The notes under the pieces are model-generated. The model made no database searches and had not been told where the DNA came from. It worked only from the letters and a program-made list of their open reading frames with translations. Shown one piece after another: positions 58,499 through 64,000 of a stretch of DNA of 64,000 nt. A program made the translations under genes and the position numbers. The DNA comes from Octopus vulgaris (Eukaryota): positions 12,028,001 to 12,092,000 of the forward strand of contig OX597837.1 in the NCBI GenBank assembly GCA_951406725.2. The letters run 5' to 3'. Each line of letters opens with the position of its first letter. Positions within the stretch are counted from its first letter, which is position 1.

Positions 58499-58502
<4 letters not shown>
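58299..58502 (+). mobile_element. Family A hammerhead-bearing element, second copy
   Basis: End-to-end similarity to 12404-12621; (TA)n on both flanks. Confidence 0.75.
58378..58412 (+). ncRNA. Degenerate hammerhead motif (family A)
   Basis: GUCU-CCGACGA-A-GAUC(ucc)GCUC-GAAA-CG-UU-AAAC; one mismatch each in stems I and II. Confidence 0.55.
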
Positions 58503-58562
<60 letters not shown>

Positions 58563-58568
<6 letters not shown>

Positions 58569-58718
58569 AAGGAGCTTCTACAGGACTAGAACTGTTTCAT
58601 TCAAAAGAAATCATCAGTTCTAGTCCTGTAGAAGCTCCTTCTATAAAATAAATTAATTTACTCTGCTATGTATTGAGTACCTTATTTACTGTGGTTAACC
58701 CCGACTCAACCCGGGACC

Positions 58719-58721
<3 letters not shown>
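58563..58721. mobile_element. Fold-back insertion (family G): perfect 32 bp inverted repeat around a hammerhead core
   Basis: 58563-58594 and 58615-58646 are exact reverse complements. The minus strand across the loop reads CUGAUGA-UUUC(uuuu)GAAU-GAAA-CAG-UU-CUAG. (TA)n flanks. Confidence 0.7.
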
Positions 58722-58754
<33 letters not shown>

Positions 58755-58860
58755 CATACATACATACATACATACATACATAGATAGATAGATAGATAGA
58801 TTGATAGATAGATAGATAGATACATACATACATACATACATACATACATACATACATACA

Positions 58861-58922
<62 letters not shown>

Positions 58923-59001
58923 GATAGATAGATACATACATACACATACATACATACATACATACATACATACATACATACATACATACACACACATACA
59001 T

Positions 59002-59059
<58 letters not shown>

Positions 59060-59460
59060 GTTAATTAGTTTGAAAGTTCAATAGGTCGTGGGCATATGAA
59101 CGCGCAAGACGCTAGAAATGGTTCACAAAGAGGTAAGCAACACTGAAATCATCAAGTGTTGTTAGAATACTGTAGATATGTAAGTACCAAATCCAATTGA
59201 AATCGTAGATGATCTGACACCGGGGTGGGTTCCGAGGGGTGGCGGGAGTACAAAAATAGAAGACATGTGGGGGTTCATGAATTGATGGCAGCTGTTTCCG
59301 TTAGAATACATGAATACGTTAATAAGGTTCCCCCGAAACAGCTGTCATAAATTATGAATCCCGCACGTGCTCCCTTTGCACATATACACACGCACTCCGC
59401 TCCCCATTCAGATACCTACGATTCTGTGTGTGTATATATATATATATATATATACACACA

Positions 59461-59555
59461 CTCTTTTACTTGTTTCAGTCATTTGACTGCGGCCATGCTG
59501 GAGCACCGCCTTTAGTCGAGCAATGCTAGGGGGACAAACACAGACACACAAACAT

Positions 59556-59597
<42 letters not shown>

Positions 59598-59753
59598 GTC
59601 GGGCTTCTTTCAGTTTCCGTCTACCAAATCCACTCACAAGGCATTGGTCGGCCCGGGGCTATAGCAGAAGACACTTGCCCAAGGTGCCACGCACTGGGAC
59701 TGAACCCGGAACCATGTGGTTGGTTAGCAAGCTACTTACCACACAGCTACTCC
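59461..59753 (-). mobile_element. SINE family 1 with internal deletion
   Basis: Head and tail are present; the middle of the 3' half is missing. Confidence 0.8.
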
Positions 59754-59864
59754 TATATATATCTGTAAAATAATATGTGACAATTATTCAATAGCCAATA
59801 TAAAACTCTGAGTTTCGGATGCCGAGGTGGAAATCCACAACACCATCTCTTCGGTTATCTGGCC

Positions 59865-59935
<71 letters not shown>

Positions 59936-59938
<3 letters not shown>

Positions 59939-60133
59939 AATCCAAACATGAACAAGCAAGAAAAAAACAACAACGCGAGGACGTGGAATAAGTACTGTGT
60001 TATTGGGCGCTCAGGAAAGGTAAGAAAAGAAAGAGGACTTCATGTTTCGAGCGGAACACTTCATCAGAAATATAGAATAAGTCCAAAGAAGGGAAGACGG
60101 AGAAAGAAAATCACCAACGATACACACGCAGTC
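59936..60133 (-). mobile_element. Family A-related element, diverged subfamily
   Basis: Shares aatccaaacatgaa, aacaacgcgaggacgtggaa, gtttcgagcgga..cttcatc and gaagggaagac blocks with 12404-12621; (TA)n flank. Confidence 0.7.
60037..60071 (-). ncRNA. Degenerate hammerhead motif (family A relative), probably inactive
   Basis: AUUU-CUGAUGA-A-GUGU(ucc)GCUC-GAAA-CA-UG-AAGU; canonical CUGAUGA, but G at the cleavage position. Confidence 0.5.
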
Positions 60134-61017
60134 ATGTATATGTACACTGTATATATATATGCAGGAAAAATACTTCATATATAGGAAATATATAGTTTAA
60201 GTGAGATCTGAGTAAAAACCTTGTAGAATACTGTACAAATCGTTTGGCTACTTGATGTCATTATACAGTAGAAATTCTACTGGATATACTTCAGGAATTC
60301 TATAGAATGCGTAGAATTTACGTAAATAGATAAACGACAGAAAATAGAATTAAGGAGACTCTTCAAAATATCTACAATTGTTTCGACGTTTTCTCGCACC
60401 TGTTGTCCATAGGTGAGATATTGTGCAGTTGTTAGCTTACATCCCAGGTGTAGAATATGCCTCCTCAGGTGAGTGTTTCAACAAGTTCCTCGCCGTATTC
60501 TCACGCCATTTCAATCAGTTTAATAATGTATACCATGACTGATGTAGTATTCTAGCAGTTTGCAGACAAAACTGTTAGAGCGGTCACCCGTGGAGACGCA
60601 TTCTGACCTATGAACCTCCATGTATTTGTAATTCAAAATATAAACAATAATAAACCATAATTTTTTTTAATATTTTTCAAAATGAAACAAAACCGACAGT
60701 AAAATGGAAAACGATGTTTATTTTTCAGTACTTCCACTTAATTCATTGATCAGATCTTCAATATGACACCATGAACACTTCGAAATAAGTCGAAAGGTAA
60801 GCAACTATAATCGGCACGAACTTTCCGGACAACCCAATATTTTATATATATTGTCCAGTGGTTTTCGACCGGGTTCCAAACGACCCATGAGAGTAGGGTC
60901 CAAATAAGATTTTGTTCATAAAATTTATGCGCCTAAATTGAATATACTTCTACAATACACAAAATATTTTAATCTTTTTTCATACAGTTCCTTATATTTA
61001 CTAATAAAAAACGAGGC

Positions 61018-61215
61018 TACAAGCTAGTAGAATCGTTAGCGCGTCGAACAAAATGCTTAGTGGCATTTCATCTGTCTTTACGTACTGGGTTCAAATTCCG
61101 CCGGGGTCTCGACTTTGCCTTTTATCCTTCTGGGGACGAAAGTACCACTTAAACATTAGGGATCGATATAATCCGCTTATCCCCAAAATCTGGCCTTATG
61201 CCAAAGTTTAGAATC
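61018..61215 (+). mobile_element. SINE family 2
   Basis: Colinear with family 2. Confidence 0.75.
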
Positions 61216-61244
61216 AATATTTAATTATAAAAATACAACAGTAA

Positions 61245-61417
61245 GGCGCAGGAGTGGCTTTGTGGTAAGTAGCTTGCTTACCAACCACATGGTTTCGGGT
61301 TCATTACCACTGCCTAGCACCTTGGGCAAGATTCTCCTACCATAGCCTCGGGCCGACCAAAGCCTTGTGAGTGGATTCGGTAGACGGAAACTGAAAAAAA
61401 AGCCCGTTGTATATATG

Positions 61418-61458
<41 letters not shown>

Positions 61459-61679
61459 ATGTTTGTGTGTCTGTGTTTGTCCCCCCCAACATCGCTTGAC
61501 GACCGATGCTGGTGTGTTTACATCCCAGTAACTTAGCAGTTCGGCAAAAGAGACCGATAGAATAAGTACTTGGCTTCCAAAGAATAAGTCCTGGGGTCGA
61601 TTTGCTCGACTAAAGGCGGTGCTCCAGCATGGCCAGAGTCAAATGACTGAAACAAATAAAAGAATAAAAGAGAGTAAAG
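61245..61679 (+). mobile_element. tRNA-derived SINE family 1, full length
   Basis: ggcgcaggagtggct.tgtggtaag A box, gggttca B box, CORE-like ccttgggcaag segment, internal (TA)n(GT)n, tail tgactgaaacaa.taaaaga; more than 15 related copies in the window. Confidence 0.88.
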
Positions 61680-62016
61680 AACATTCATTTAAACATGGCG
61701 AATGGCTATGCAGTCCAGTAGAGTAAATTTAAGAATCTAAGGTGGTCCATAGACCAGAAAAATGGATGAGATTCACTGGTCTGGTCTGTGACCAAAGCTG
61801 AACATGTAGGATTGGGAATGTGGTGTTAATGGAAATCCGCAACTGAAGGATTAGTGGAGATAATCGCGACGGGATTTTGAAGGCCAACCAAATGCAAAAG
61901 TGCAACGTTTGTGTTGCTTGCATAAATTATTAATGTATGAAAGGAATGCATGTGATTGCGGATACAGGTGTTTGTGTGTCCTTTGGCAGGTATTTGTGTG
62001 TGTGTGTGCGTGTGTG

Positions 62017-62063
<47 letters not shown>

Positions 62064-62068
<5 letters not shown>

Positions 62069-62300
62069 TGTGCCCATGTGATTTTGTTTACATAACATCT
62101 CTGCGCGCGCATGTTTGTGTGTGTGTATGCGTGTGTGTGTGTGTGTAACAGTGTGTGTGAGTGTGTGTGTATGTAACAGTGCGTGTGCGTGTGTGTATGT
62201 ATGCGTGTGTGTGTGTGTGGGTGTGTGTGTATGCGTGTGTATGAGTGTGTGTGTGTGTGAAAGTGTGCCCATGTGATTTTGTTTACATAACATCTCTGCG
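62064..62300. repeat. 195 bp-period duplication in a (GT)n field
   Basis: gaaagtgtgcccatgtgattttgtttacataacatctctgcg at 62064 and 62259. Confidence 0.8.
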
Positions 62301-62747
62301 TGCGCGCGCATGGTTGTGTGCAGGTGTGTGTGTGTGTGTATGCGTGTGCGCGTGTGTGTAACAGTGTGTGTCACTGTGTGTGTCACTGTGTGTGTGTGTG
62401 TGTGTTTATTTTATGTTTATATATTCGTCACGAACCGACCACCGAGGATGCCGTAGCTGTGTGTTAGTGTGTGTGTGTGTGTGTGTGCGTCATGTGCACG
62501 CGCATGCGTACAGGCATGTGCACGTGTTGCTAATATTATTGTTACAATTTGCAACAGTTGCAGGTGTTGGCACAAAGTCACACACACACAAACACATACA
62601 TACACACACACGCACACACACACATACACACACACTCTCACACACACACCAGCATTTATGTATGCGTATAAATGTAACAGATCTGATAGGTACATGGAAC
62701 GTGTATATGTATAAAGCTTTCTTCGTATACATTCTTTCAAACAGAGC

Positions 62748-62833
<86 letters not shown>

Positions 62834-63310
62834 TTGTGTGTCCGTGTTTGTCTCCCTAACATCACTTGACAATCGATGCTATTGTGTTTACGTCCCCGTA
62901 ACTTAGCGGTTCGGCAAAAGCGACCGATAGAATAAGTACTGGGCTTACAAAGAATAAGTCCTGGGGTTGATTTGCTCGACTAAAAAGCAGTGCTCCAGCA
63001 TGGCCGCAGTCAAATGACTGAAACAAATAAAAGAATATAAGAATATATATATAACAAGACAATGCGTATATGAGTGATCTATTTAGCAAAATATATTTAT
63101 TATATATCTTGTTTTTAACATAATGGTCACGTATGAAAATACGTGTGTGTATGCATCGGATCGTACAAGAATACACACACACACGTGTGTGTGAGTGTGT
63201 GTGTCGTGTGTGTGTGTGTCTGTGTGTGTGTGTATGTGCATTCTCTTGTAAATATTTATCTCTGTAGCCTTGTATTCGCTTCTGAGTGTGTGTATATGTA
63301 TATATAGGAA

Positions 63311-63381
<71 letters not shown>

Positions 63382-64000
63382 GTATCACGTTCTTGTCAAT
63401 GAGTATGTGTGTACGTGTGTGAGTATTTATTTATGTGTGTGTGTGTGTCTGTGTTTGAATTTGTGTTTGTGTGTGTGCGTGTGTGTGTGTTATTGAATAT
63501 TTATGTTTACCGTTTCAATGCTTAGAGGTGTATGTTTGTGTGCAATGTTTTATAATAGTGAATATTCATGACCGTACGTGTGGTGGTGGTGGTGGTGGTG
63601 GTAGTGGTGGTGGTTGTGGTGGTGATGGTAGTGGTGGTGGTGGTTATAGTGGTTGTGGTGGTGATGGTGGTAAAGACTGCGCAGGAGTAGTAGTAGTGGT
63701 AGGAGGTGAGAGAGAGAGAGAGAGAGAGAGGCTCTCTGATGGTCTGTAAAAATACTAATAGTGGTGCCGATGGCGATGATCGTGGAGAGGAAGGTGGGAC
63801 CAATGGTAGTGGTGGTGGTGGTGGTGGCAATGATATTTGTTGCTATTGGTGTCGGTGATTCTACTTGCAAGGTTTTCTTTATTGGGGGGAAGGTCATCGT
63901 TGGAGGCCGTTGACGATTGAAGTTCGTAGCTGTGCTATGGTAGGTTTTTTTTTCCATAAACAGTAGAAACAGCAGCGGAGAGAGATGTGATCCTTGCAGT

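Noticed and set aside
60368-60425. Minus-strand GUC-GAAA-CAAUUG-UA-GAUA with palindromic stem III
   Set aside because: No recognisable CUGANGA box; at best a dead remnant.

Overview
AT-rich, microsatellite-saturated animal genomic DNA. The tRNA-derived SINE families and the (TA)n/(CA)n/(TATC)n density point to an octopus or other coleoid cephalopod (inference). Almost all ORFs in the track are translated microsatellites. One real gene is visible on the minus strand: a PLAAT/HRASLS (LRAT-domain, permuted NlpC/P60) family member. It has a candidate CCAAT-TATA-Inr promoter near 53.0-53.1 kb, a first coding exon at 52283-51663, a predicted 39.3 kb phase-0 intron and a terminal exon at 12355-12200. 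Both catalytic histidines are kept, but the nucleophile Cys of the NCEHF motif reads Val (NVEHY). The rest is SINEs (at least 5 families), two RTE LINE 3' fragments, hAT/piggyBac/Tigger-like MITEs and simple repeats. The most notable hidden signal is about a dozen minimal type-I hammerhead ribozyme motifs from at least six sequence families. They sit in short (130-350 bp) non-coding elements, mostly inserted in (TA)n tracts, often with fold-back (inverted) architecture resembling Penelope-like element or retrozyme remnants. Several lie in the sense orientation inside the PLAAT intron. All structures were paired by eye; no folding or database search was run.
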